A stretch of 63,614 nt of DNA, filler included, from Dugesia japonica (lineage: Eukaryota): assembly GCA_001938525.1 (NCBI GenBank). It is 6 parts of 6 records of this genome, joined end to end, with 100 filler letters (N's around TTAATTAATTAA, not from the genome) between each part and the next. Parts side by side here need not be neighbours in the genome. Positions count along the whole stretch, not along the records: positions 8,991 to 18,839 come from MQRL01582954.1; positions 18,940 to 32,722 come from MQRL01619392.1; 4 more parts are not named here. The stretch is one strand, 5' to 3'. Of this stretch, positions 12,861 to 24,723 are shown piece after piece; the stretch's first letter is position 1, and the number at the start of each line of letters is the position of its first letter. Position numbers and translations under genes: made by a program. The notes under the pieces were generated by a model. The model saw only the letters and a program-made list of their open reading frames with translations, was not told the origin of the DNA and ran no database searches.

Positions 12861-12922
12861 AGGTTTTGGATTTGCTAAATACATTTGAAATTACTACAAC
12901 TACAAATTTCGATCGAGCCATC
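12842..12922 (+). pseudogene. Probable N-terminal stub of the major capsid protein
   Basis: ATG overlaps the penton end and gives MSNDKIEVLDLLNTFEITTTTNFDRAI. Position and FDxxI motif fit a Polinton MCP N-terminus; sequence then switches to antisense pPolB. Confidence 0.5.
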
Positions 12923-15900
12923 CTTCTATAAACAATTTTATACATTTCCTCTTTTGCATATTCTAAAACTGTAAAACCAACATATGGAAATTTATTATAT
13001 TTTAAACAGGTTTGCAACATGTGCATTGTGGCTGTGTTTGGAGAAAAGGTTTTTGAAGATATGTAAGTTGGTTTTGAAGCAAACCTTTGAAAGTTTTCAT
13101 CAGTTGCTACAATTTCTGCATTAAAACGATTCCAAATATTTCCTAGGGTCTTTCCATAAAAGAAATTATTTGCCATTTTAAATATGTAGTCCTTATTTTT
13201 ATTTTTTTGCCTCATTTCTCTTATCAACATTAAAAAGAATATATTTTCCTAACCATGGAGTTGTTGGCACTTTACATTTGTAATCAATTTTTTTCAACTT
13301 CATGCCTTCTTCTAAATAAAAGTCTAAAGTGCTTCTCTGAACTATGTAATTTTTTTTATCAAATTGGTTTGCTGTTAATTTTATATTATTTTTGGGAACT
13401 TTTTTATTAAAACCTCTTTGATATGGACCTAACATTTCCTCTTGAATATTTATCCTCTCGGGAACTAATGGAAAATACCTCGTTTTCTCATGAATCTCTG
13501 GAGGATAATCTAAATCCACCTCATAGAGGAAATTATACTCGTCTGTTGCTTTTTCATATTCCAAATCCTCAAATTCAATAAATTCACCTGTTGGAAGAGG
13601 TCTTGTCATACAAGCTGAATATAAACTGTTTTGATCAANATATTTTAAAAATGTTTCCTCGAAAAATTCTTCTGGAATATTTTCACCTCTTTCTCTTAAT
13701 TTCTTAAGATACTATGTATCCAGTTTAGTTAATCTCTTATAAGGCATATCTTTATTATAAGTAACTACTTGCCTCTCTCCAACAACGGCGAATAATCCCC
13801 CACGACTTCCTGCTTCATTTTTTAAAAAGTAATCATAACTTTCTGGTTTTGCATATTTTAAGTGAATTCCTGTAAATTTCATTCCTGCTGACCATGTGAG
13901 TCCTGGTAATGAGTAATTATAACATGGATCGATTCCATAATTTTCCATAGAACTCTTACGAAAATCTTCGAAAAAATCTGCAAGAATTAATACATCAAGT
14001 TTTAAGTAATGAAGCATGTATTCCCATAGATTTTTAAATTGTAAAAAGTCCTCGAGAAATTCTTTATATTCTTTATCAGTTATGTATTTTTGTTTTAATA
14101 TGCTGTGAAAACCATCCATTACTGGTATTTTATTACTTTTTAATAATTCCATGACTTCTTGCACATTTTTTCCTTTTAAATATTCAATTTCTTTCGGAAT
14201 GCAATTTCTTTCGGTTTTAAATTGAAAGATTTTAAAATTGGATATATCCCACTATCATTTAAATTATCCCCCATTCCTTCAATTGATATCACATGAATCT
14301 AAAAATTTAATTTTCCTAAATGTAAAAGATATGTATACTTCATCATTGTGTGGAATTATATCTTTAATTTGTGTTGGGTATTTTTCTAATAATTCTCGGA
14401 AAAATAAATGGTTATCATAACCGCGAGCATTGTGAAAGTAAAGTGGAACAAAGAAATTTCTCATAATATTTTTATATTTCTTATTACAAGATTCATGCGA
14501 TGGGCCTATAAATTCTCCATTGAAAAAGTTGTAAACTTCTTCTGGATCTTCTCCTAATTTTCTTTTGCAATAAAAGCATTAGTCTTTTAAAATTCTAGGT
14601 TTTTTTAATTTCCGCTGTTGATCTTTTTTCAAGAATCTCATATTTTTTTATTTAAAAGATTTAAAAATTTTATAAATTCATTTATAACGTTTTCACCAAA
14701 AAATTTTATATAATTCGTTTTTATTAATTCGGGATGTTGGCTTATAATATAAATTCCAACAGCTATTGGTTTTGGTTTATTTGTTGTTGTGTCGGTATAA
14801 GCCTCAAAATCGGCATAAAACACAAATGGTACTTCTATCATAAAATTAAAATCAGTAAATGAATAATATTCTTTTTCTTCATATTTTATTTGTCGAGGTT
14901 CAAAATAAATACATTGTCTTTGATGTCTATAAAATAAATTCTCACTTTGATAAACATTCATACAATTAAAACATAATTTTTTTATTTCCATCAGAAATAA
15001 ACCCATCTACATTTCTACAAAAAATATGGTGGTTTTTATAAAGTAATAAAGTACATTTATTTTCTTCTTGTGTTGGTTGAGAAACATGATGGAAATATGA
15101 AGTGGTTGTAATATTTTTCTTCCATTTATAATGAACAACTTCATAATATTAATTTGCCAATTATTTAATCTTTCAAATAATTGTACATCATGAAATCTTG
15201 CTGGAAAATTAACACCTTTTAAATTAAATTCATTAATATGTGGTAAATAATGACTTACTCGTGTAGGATCTGTATAAATATGTTTGTGTGCCAAAACTGA
15301 ATAAAGAAAACATTTATTATCATTATTTTCAATGTTAACAACTCCCCATTTAACAAATGGTAACTTAACATATGTCCCAGCGGTCACTAATGATTGGTAA
15401 TGTTCAAGAGTAAATGTAAAATTTATTAAAAATCCAATCGTCCATCCGCTTTCGCATCTATCCTTATTGGTTATATAACTATCTATTTCATTAATTTAAC
15501 TTTCTACAGAAGTTGTAATTTCTGATGCCATTATTATTCTTATATTTTTTGGATAAGATCTAAAATCTCTTCTTGTGCCTAGACTATTTACAAGTTTGCT
15601 ATTTTGTCCTAATGCAGAAAGTCGAATAACTATTTGGCCCCTTAAATTAAAAAATCTTACTGTTATTTCTTTTAAATCATTTGTGTAAAAAATCATTTGC
15701 GCCGCATCATATTGAGAAATATCTTTAGTAAATTCAATTTTACTATTTTTAAAATATTCTATTTTATAATCTCGATATTTATCAATATTAAAAACTGTCA
15801 TAAGTTCTGCTATCTCTTGAGATAATTCAAAATTGGTAATGCCCTTCTATGTTTTTTACTTGCGTAATGTGTTTTTGCCGCACCTTGATTTGAAAATGAT

Positions 15901-16120
15901 GTTTTACAAATTTCACATCTCAAACTTACATCCCTTTGATTCCAACATAAAGATGGCATTTTATGTTTTTCATAATGCGCTGGTGAATTGAAAATTGCAC
16001 GACACTTTTCACATGGAGTTGGAATTTTTAACTCGTGGTTATTTTTATGTGGGTATTAAGAGCACCCAATTTTTTTATGATTTTTCCACAATACCGACAA
16101 GTGAATGTTTCTACTACCAT
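12915..16120 (-). pseudogene. Protein-primed family B DNA polymerase (pPolB), fragmented, C-terminus missing
   Basis: N-terminal Zn fingers, ESGW, GTYVKLP..NNDNKCFLYS, ExoI YADFEA, ExoII FHNARGYD, ExoIII YLKLDV, RGG, motif A DQNSLY, motif B KMANNFFYGK; no DTDS motif C. Confidence 0.95.
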
Positions 16121-16149
16121 TTTATAAAGATAAACTTTAATCATATTTA

Positions 16150-16460
16150 TAAAATGGTGGTGAGGGTATCCTATTTAAGAGGAATGTTTTTTATGCTCGA
16201 TTTTTTATCGAAAATTTTTTATTCCCGATTTTTTTATAGCACTTCGTGGATTTTTTTATTCCCAATTTTTATTCTAGATTTTTATTTTTAATTTTATTCC
16301 CGATTTTTATGCGCAATTAAAAATCGAAAATTTTTTATTCCCGATTTTTATTTTTTTTTTATTTAAAATATAAAATTCTTTACATTTTTTATCTAAAATA
16401 GGGTATTTTTCATAGAAAAACTGAAAATTGAAAAAATCGAAAATGGTGGTGCTAAGAGGT
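16150..16460. repeat. Subterminal repeat region of the Polinton (probable TIR remnant)
   Basis: About 4 copies of TTTATTCCCGATTTTT and 2 of AAAATGGTGGTG upstream of the pPolB start; no terminal ACTACT seen. Confidence 0.5.
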
Positions 16461-17111
16461 GGTTATTATACCATTACTCATATCGAATACATACAATTTG
16501 AAGAAAAAAGTGCACCATTTTCTAATAAAAGGAAAGACAGTTTATCAAAAAATCTTGAAAGTTTAACTTTGAAATTGTGGGCTACTGATTTTCCTTAGGG
16601 CATAAGTAATAACCTTCACTAAATATTTACCATATTTCGTACCAATTCCACTCTGATGCACATACATTTCAAGTAATTATTTTCTTATTAAAATCTTTAT
16701 CAATCAGGTTTCATTTTCACTCAGTTCATGTACTAAGGCTTAGAAACGTTTAAACTGTTCTTTATATTTTAAATTTTTTTTTAATATTTCGGCTCTTTTA
16801 TTTTCTTCCTATAGCACTTCAAAATAAAAAAATCAATAACAAAATAAATTTTATTTAACTCTATTAATTTTTAACAAATTTGAGTTAGACAACTATTACA
16901 AATAAATTTTGTGAAATTACTACCAATCATCAAGGAATCAATATTGAGAAAAAACTAATGGATGACTCACCAAATATAACAATATAGTAATAATAAATTT
17001 TATTACCAAAAACTCTTATTAAACTTTAACCAAAAAAATTTCTTTAAAAATTAATCTCAGACCACAAGTAAAATAAACATCAAAAAACTCAAATAATCTT
17101 AGATAACTATT

Positions 17112-18839
17112 TTACAAGTAAAATAAACGTTCTCTAATACTTTTATGAATAGTCGGAGGAGTCGGTCGTTAGATTTCTCGGTAGTTTGCCAACCAATTCT
17201 GTCAAACGATGTGCATAATAAGCTGGCACTGGAACTCTTATTGTTCCCATCCAATTAAAAAAAAGATGAGTTAGAGAAAACGTTATTTGTTGAAAAACTT
17301 GTGGAGCCATTTGTAAAAATTTATTTGTTTTCGTGCTATGAAACGAGGTATTCGTGAGAACTTTATAATTTATAGGAGAAGCAATTCCTTTAGTGGTTCT
17401 CTGAAATAATTTTCATTAAAGAAAAATCGATATAAAAAATTAAAAAACCTGTGAAAATAAATAGAATTCAGAAGAATTTACAATCATCTCATTATTTACC
17501 ACAGTTCCCGAATTCGGATTAATTATTTGAGGCAAATTTTGGTTTTCATAAATCTTATCAATAATTTCCTTTGCCTCCTCTGTTTCGAATTGTTCCGTAA
17601 ATTCTAATTACGAATCTTCATCATAACGATAAATAATAAATCGATCCGGCATTGTTTTAAATTTCTGTTGTTGTTAAATTGAATAAATTTAGGCCTAGAT
17701 TTTCGTCTAATTCATTTTCACAGTTTGAATAATTTATGAAACTTATGTATTGTGAAAACTTGGAATTTATAGAGAACACAGACGCTTGTACAGATCCTTC
17801 GCCAATTTTACTATGGAAAGTTTCCAATCCGACCATCATTGTTGATGACAGCTTTAAATCGGCAACCCATGGATTGTATCCTAATTTACATACCATTTTC
17901 ATTGCACACTTATCAACCACAGGTTTACGAAGCATGTTATCTCTGCTTTTTTGTCGTAACTCTGAGTTACAAAATATGTCAATAATCCATTATACATGGT
18001 AGATCTGTTCAATTGAGCGTATATTTCATGATCATCGACAATAAATATTAATAACATATGTACTTTCTCAACGAATTTATTGAGAGCCTGTTCGAGTTCA
18101 AGATAATTTGAACAGGTATTTTTGACTTTATTATTAATTGAATAATTTATTCTCTGCCTTTTAAATTCTGTTTCAACATCGGCAATAAAATCCATGTAGC
18201 TAGAATAATAAATATCTGCAACTAAAACCCCAAATTTGTACACTTTATCATTAGGAACAGCACATTTAACTTCACCAGATTGCCAATAATCTGGAGTTTT
18301 TGCATTAATTTGAAGATGATTGGATTTTACTACTAGTGGTGGTAATTCATACCCACGAATAATAGTAGTTTCCTCTTCAATATGCAAATTCCAGATAGTC
18401 ATGAATCTTTTGCAAATTTCTTTACCCTGCATCCATTGAGAAAAATCGTTGATATCGTTTAATATTTCCTGAGGATTTTCTTTGCAATCTGAAATTTCTT
18501 CTTTCACTATTAGAAAATCCACACAGATAACAAAGTTATCCTGGAATAGTTAAAATTTGATGCATTTTATTAGGATCTTCTGGTTCATGAGCCGCTGATC
18601 TTTGAATTCTGGAAATGAAAAATAAATGCTTACCGTTTTTCCTATAATTGGTTTCTATAGTGATATTAAAATGCTGTTGAATGTAATTAGAATAAGAAAT
18701 TTTTGTTTTATTTAAAACCATTTCATGATTGATATTTATTACTTAAATTTCATATAATTGGTGAATCGTATTGTCGTATTTAGTTATCACGTCACGACCT
18801 TTTAATTGATGTATTAGATTTCTTAATTTATAAGCTTCA
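17112..18839 (-). pseudogene. piwi: PIWI-clade Argonaute pseudogene (PAZ-MID-PIWI), 5' end cut by spacer
   Basis: PAZ ISYSNYIQQHFNI..IPG*LCYLCG; MID KMVCKLGYNPW; PIWI MMVGLETFH, NPNSGTVV, EFYLFSQ, LTHLFFNWMGTIRVPVPAYYAHRL, terminal RERLFYL*; 48-nt GT-AG intron at 17401-17448; several stops and frameshifts. Confidence 0.93.
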
Positions 18840-18939
18840 NNNNNNNNNNNNNNNNNNNNNNNNNNNNNNNNNNNNNNNNNNNNTTAATTAATTAANNNNN
18901 NNNNNNNNNNNNNNNNNNNNNNNNNNNNNNNNNNNNNNN

Positions 18940-19119
18940 TATTGGGTAAATTCTAAGGAAGAAAATTATTTTCATCGTGGAATTCATTTGTTGCGAAAAA
19001 GGTGTGAAAATGTTATTAGTAACGAGGGACGATACTTTGAATGAGATGTTGTATAAAAATAAAAGTATTTGGAGTTCTTATTATTAAAAAGCAGCGAGAA
19101 TTAATGCAACTACCTAATA
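18940..19119 (+). mobile_element. Mariner 3' end fragment
   Basis: WVNSKEENYFHRGIHLLRKRCENVISNEGRYFE*, then TIR-like ..TACCTAA + TA. Confidence 0.8.
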
Positions 19120-19259
19120 TGTTCTTGAAAATGCGAAGGTTTTTTTGAAAGCCAAATATAAAAAATTGTATGTAATATTATATTATTGATGTATTATTAA
19201 AATTTTATTAGAAAAATGTCTTTTAATACGAAAATATTGTTTAAAACGATTGAAATTTT

Positions 19260-20113
19260 TAATCCCAAAAACAAGTCTGAAATAACTACAACTATTTGAG
19301 TTCTCCTCAAAATATATCCCATTAGAATCTACAAACATCTTCATATGTTTCTTCCACCGTTGAATACAATGATGCAGGTCGCTTGCCGCCAGACTGCTTA
19401 ATAGCTTCATCGTCCTTTCCTGTACTGCTTCCAAAGTTTTAAAACACGTTCCTTTAAGCACCAATTTTCTTTTGGAATGGGAAAAAATTACAATGCGCTA
19501 CGTCAGGAAATTGTGGAGGATGTTCAAGTGCAGTGATATTTTTCTGGTATAAAATAACGATTATCTGACAATGCTTTAGGCACCATTTTCCCACAAAGTT
19601 TCTTCATGTGTAATGCCTGCTTTAAATACGTCGTACACTTTATCTGTTCATATTTAACATTTCAGCAACAACACGAACACCCATTTTCTGTCTATCTTTA
19701 TTGTATCTTGAATTTGGACATTTTTTCGTCATCGTATGATGTGCATGGTTGTCCGGAGCAGTCGTCATTGTTTACCGATAGTATACCTTCTGAAAATCTT
19801 TTGTGTCATTCAAAGATTCATGAGCAATCCTTACCATAATCTTCAGATAACATTTGATAAGTCTTTGTTGCTAACTTTGTAAGTTTCACAAGGAATTTGT
19901 TGTTAATACGTTGATCAATTTTCATATCCCAAATTTACCGGCTTAAAATAAAAACAGATTTAAACTAAACTGCCGTAACATTGTGACATACTTAACTGAT
20001 CAAATTGAAACTAGTGAAAATGCTAAAACACACGTCCAGGTCAAATATAATTTTTACTCATGTACCAACTAAAAGTGGTTGCTTAGTTATTTGAACAGTC
20101 TCTTTATTTTTGT
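19260..20113 (-). mobile_element. Internally deleted mariner transposon
   Basis: N-terminus MKIDQRINNKFLVKL..HKRFSEG; C-terminus LEHPPQFPDVAHCNFF..LKGTCF..CIQRWKKH..SNGIYFE. Confidence 0.85.
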
Positions 20114-20696
20114 NNNNNNNNNNNNNNNNNNNNNNNNNNNNNNNNNNNNNNNNNNNNNNNNNNNNNNNNNNNNNNNNNNNNNNNNNNNNNNNNNNNGATA
20201 TATTAATGTAATTATTGTATAATTGCTTCAGATCGAAAAACCAATTATCAAAAATACATTTAATTAAGTGGTGATATCAATTAATTAACTTTAAAATGTA
20301 GAATGCTTGTTTAGTGAAATTGAACACATTTTAATTATAATTTTTGCATATATAAATATTTAGAAATGAATTAAGTAACGGAATATTTAAAAAGCATTTT
20401 AAAAAAATATTTATTGAAAATTTCAAATTCAATTTATTCTTATTTATTATTTAATTTGTTTCCTGTAATTATTTGATCATTTAATTTTTCAAACACTAAT
20501 TACTATATTTTGATACAATTAACTTGTTTGAAAATTTTCAATGTTTTTTTCGTGTTTTATTAATNNNNNNNNNNNNNNNNNNNNNNNNNNNTTTTGTAAT
20601 AAAAATTAATTTTTCATTAAAAATCAATAGGTAAATGAATTAGTGATATAATTGAAATGAACTTTTGAGAATTAACATTTCCATTATATTCAAGTG

Positions 20697-20732
20697 TATT
20701 CCTGAAGAAAACAATAGTCGAAAATTCGAATA
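20697..20732 (+). ncRNA. Minimal hammerhead ribozyme, diverged copy
   Basis: TATTC-CTGAAGA-A-AAC AATA GTC-GAAA-AT-TC-GAATA; stem II closing pair mismatched; downstream flank resembles the 6885 family. Confidence 0.7.
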
Positions 20733-20988
20733 TCTATCAAAAAAGAAACAAAATAATATTTTGATCGTAGCTATTATTTTAATGTATTAGAAAAGTTTTA
20801 AATTAAAATAACATTTATTTTTCAATTTTTATTTTAAACTTGTATTTTAAATTTTAGCATTAATTAGTGTTATTCCAAAATATAAACTTTTTGACAGAAA
20901 AAAAATTTTGATGACGAATAATAAATTTTATATTTTATATGTAATATAATTGAAAATGTTACATAAATTCTTTTAATTGAGTTCTTAT

Positions 20989-21993
20989 ATGGAAAATTCA
21001 AATAATAGAAAGCAAAGAATTACAGTATCTGCTGAAATGCTTAGAATTATTAGATTTCATCTTTCAAATGGAATATCAAACCAATATATTGCAGCTTCTA
21101 ACTGTGTATCAGATAGCTCTACTGCAAAATTACTAATAACGTAACATTAGGTTTTTCCGATTCTGATATCATAAAGAAAAAAGGGAGAAAGCAAGTACCA
21201 AATACAGAAATCAAGGTGCAAATGGTAACTTCTTAATAGGGATAATGCACCGACTCAATGCGGGGTCTCAATGGCATTAAGTGCAAGTGGAATTAGCAAG
21301 AGCCAGTCTTTCATTTCAAAATAACTAGAAAGCGTGGCAGTCACTAGAAAAAAGATTGTCCTGGATACTAGCCGAGACAAATTCAGAAAGAATCATTGAA
21401 GAAAGACGAATTCATTGTCAAGAAAGCGTTATTGTGCCCTTTGAGCGTCTTGTTTATTTTAGATGAAACAGGATTTAATATAATTGTATAATACATCACA
21501 AAGGTATGAATATTCACTTATGAATACGAAGACATTTTCGATATTAAAACAAAGAAAGGTGTAAACCAGAGCTTAATGTGTGCAATTGAATAATCTAGCG
21601 TGGTATCTTTTAAAATTATAAGTGGAGCATATCATGGGGAAAATCTCAAGCATTTCATTAAAACAAAGCTTGTTGATTATTTTTGAAAAAACAGAGGATC
21701 GATTCTAATAATGGATAGCAGCAGATTCCCTCATAGGTTAGACGTGGTCGGGTTTCTCAGGTTTCTTTAATCCCTTTAAAGTTTATTCCTGTATATTCTC
21801 CTCAGCTTAAGCCTATTGAATAGTTTTTTTGGAGTATTGAAAGCTAATTATAAAACTATTTGGCCAGCCCAACTACAATAGATGTGAAATGTTCTGTACA
21901 AAGTCTGAGGGAAGCTGAAGATGCTCCACTAAAACTATATTTTGAGAAAATGAAACGATTTATTCTTGGAATGATAAACCAGCCTTTTATCTA
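20989..21993 (+). mobile_element. IS630/Tc1-type DDE transposase pseudogene
   Basis: KKKGRK, VTRKK, DETGFN, LMCAI, ILIMD, FIPVYSPQLKPIE; many stops. Confidence 0.85.
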
Positions 21994-22454
21994 ATAAATT
22001 TTGACTGTTTGTGGTTGTATTCTTTCTCTTATACTTATAATAAAATTCTAAAATGTTACTTTTTCAAGTATAAAATACAAATTTTCTCTATATTATAATA
22101 AGTTTCAATTTGAATATTATAACTAGTTACTTTATTTTGGAATCAAAAAATTTATATTTTGTAGTAACATAATTTTAAGAATATGAGAATTCTTAAATAA
22201 TTACAAATTGAAATTAAATTTATTTCATTTGAAAAAATATAAAGAAATTAAATGTCTAATTTTAGGCCAGTGTGTTGAGTAAAATATTAATCAACTATAA
22301 TTATTATTCGAAAACTAACAAAACATTATCAGAATTAGCCCAGACTATTAACGAATTGCATAGTGTAAGATATTATTAATATTTTTTTTATAAATTATTT
22401 TATAGTTTTATTTAATTAATTTTCTTAAAGTTAATATGCCTTGTATGTATTATG

Positions 22455-22803
22455 TTGGTGGGGGTGCATGGCCTTTCTTAGTTGGTTGAGCGATTTGTCA
22501 GATTAATTCCGATAACAAACGAGACTCTAACTTGCTAAATAGTTTATCTATTTTAATTCGTAAATAATCACTTCTTAGAAGAATAAATAGCGTCTATCTA
22601 AATGAAAAAGAGCATTAACAGGTATGTGATGCCCTTAGATGTCCAAGCCGCACGCGCGCTACAATGGCAGTTCCAACGATTATATCTTATTAGAAGTAGT
22701 TGGGCAATTTTGTGAAACACTGTCGTAACAGGGATTATAAATTGTAATTATTTCACATGAACGAGGAATTCCTAGTAAGCGCAGGTCACTAGCTTGCACT
22801 GAT

Positions 22804-22838
<35 letters not shown>

Positions 22839-22860
22839 TAAACTGATTAACTACCGATGA
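22455..22860 (+). rRNA. 18S: 18S rRNA pseudogene fragment (3' part, about V7-V8)
   Basis: GTGCATGGCC..TTAATTCCGATAAC..GTGATGCCCTTAGATGT..GCACGCGCGCTAC..AACGAGGAATTCCTAGTAAGCGC..GTCCCTGCCCTTTGTACACACCGCCCGTCGCT, with substitutions at conserved sites. Confidence 0.95.
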
Positions 22861-23915
22861 GGCTGCAAAAAATGGATTAAATACATTTAAAATATTAAAT
22901 TAACGCTAACAAAATCAAAGTAATTCTTAAAACTGAGTAATCTGAATACTCGATCATCTACATTTACCTTTCTTCTGTGCTGCAAAACCATTTGGACATT
23001 TACTTCTCTATTTGTAGCATATCCAACGCTTTTGTACACATGTACTTTTGCTACTCTTTGTTTAGTCAAATCTTGTGAGGTTAATTCAACAATATATGTA
23101 TGGGTGTACATTATTTATTTATTTAGTTTAACACCATAAGACCAATAAGTTCAAACCGGACATTTAAAGAAATCATTTGTGCAAATTGTAAGAAAGTTAT
23201 AAGAAATGATTAATTTGTGTTTTGATAGCAAGTTTGTAAATATATAAAGTATATCCAAAATCATTAAGGATCAAGTGATAAATTTTATGAATTGAAATAA
23301 TTCAAACATTGTTGAATTAACCTGGTATTGTTTAACAGATAGACTCTAATTAACCTCTGAGTAATAAAGTTATCTATAGTTTCTTGTTTTTTGAAAGTTT
23401 TTGTCCCGGTATATATGCTGTGTGTGAAAGGTTTGGCCAGCGTTTGTTTACTGTTTGTGTTATTGCTTTAATACCATAATTCCATAAAAATACCGAATAA
23501 AATTTTACTATATCGTTCTCAAATTTATTGCAAATTTATATTGATTAAAATCCAATGTATTTTTATTACTTTAGTGTTTTACTTATTATTTTCTATAAAT
23601 ATGTATATATTAATTTACTTTACAAAATTTCATAAATTAAATTAAATCGCAATCATAAAACAACTAACTAAAAGTCAGATTCAACATATAGGAGACAAAA
23701 TTGTTCGAGTAATCTATGCTTTCTTCGAGTATAAACGCCAATTTTTTGAAAACTTGTTTATTACAGAGACCTTTTCATTAATCAAATTCCTTCAGCTTAT
23801 TTGTTTATAAAAAAATATTGTATTTTTAATTTTAAACTTTATTATTACTAAATTTCATTTTAGAAATTGAAATTTTCATTTCAAAATTTATTTTCTAAAA
23901 ATAAACTTTTCCATT

Positions 23916-24158
23916 GAACAAATATTTTGAAAAACAAATTTCAATAAGTAAAAATTTATTTTCAATTGCAAAAATCAAAAATATGTTTTTCTATTTTCAT
24001 AGATGGTTCAATATTTCGACTATTACTGCTAGTAATAGTTCCTAAAGAAGGCATAGCCGAAATATTGAACCATCTATGAAAATTGAAAAACATCGTTTTG
24101 ATCTTTGCAATTGAAAAAATTTTTAAAATATCAAAATTTGTTGTTCAAAATATTTGTT
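23916..24158. mobile_element. Second-family PLE-type hairpin with degenerate hammerhead (24038-24070, +)
   Basis: Inverted arms 23916-24023 and 24053-24158; GTTC-CTAAAGA-A-GGC ATA GCC-GAAA-TA-TT-GAAC. Confidence 0.7.
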
Positions 24159-24723
24159 TATTATTACTTTTGAATAAATTTGGGAACGTAATTTTATTTT
24201 AACTTGTTTTTGATGTGTTTTTTTAAAACAGTCCTTGAAATGTATTTAATAATATATAAATAATTATAAATGGTAAATTATTATATTGTAATTAATATTT
24301 TTTTAGAATGATACGAAAATCTTAAATTTGGTGAAGTCTAATAATTTGAAAATCCTTGAAGTAGAATCGTCATGTTCTAAGTTTTTAAATTCGTCACGTA
24401 TAGTACGTGTTTATATTTTATTTATATTCTAATTATAAAAGTTGTTTATAAAAAGTAAAACCGAATAAATTCAGATTTTAAATATCTTCAATTTTATTCG
24501 TGAAATTTTACCAAATTTTCACTCGTTGGATCTTTACAACAGTAATTTATTAGGTCATTTCATAAAATTCTAAATTCTTTACAATTGTTTATTCAAATAA
24601 TGAATATTATCGAGTTTTAAGAACCTAACGTAAGCTAATCCTGCTTTCTAAATTATTAACTAAGTAGACTTTTTTGATAACAAAAACTTTGTTATTTTTA
24701 TTAAACTATTAGGTATTATAGTT

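Larger units (their letters stand above)
8991..16460. mobile_element. Polinton/Maverick (adintovirus-like endogenous virus), decayed, left end cut by spacer
   Basis: Compact intronless INT-ATPase-pX-like-ORF-penton-(MCP stub) on +, pPolB on -; many stops and frameshifts; complete TIRs not seen. Confidence 0.95.

Noticed and set aside
12814-12915. C-terminal tail of the pPolB ORF (RSKFVVVV..)
   Set aside because: Read-through past the deletion junction into antisense capsid sequence
17112-18839. Prokaryotic Argonaute defence system or processed retrogene
   Set aside because: Eukaryotic PIWI-clade motifs (NWxGTIRVP, RLFYL) and a spliceosomal intron
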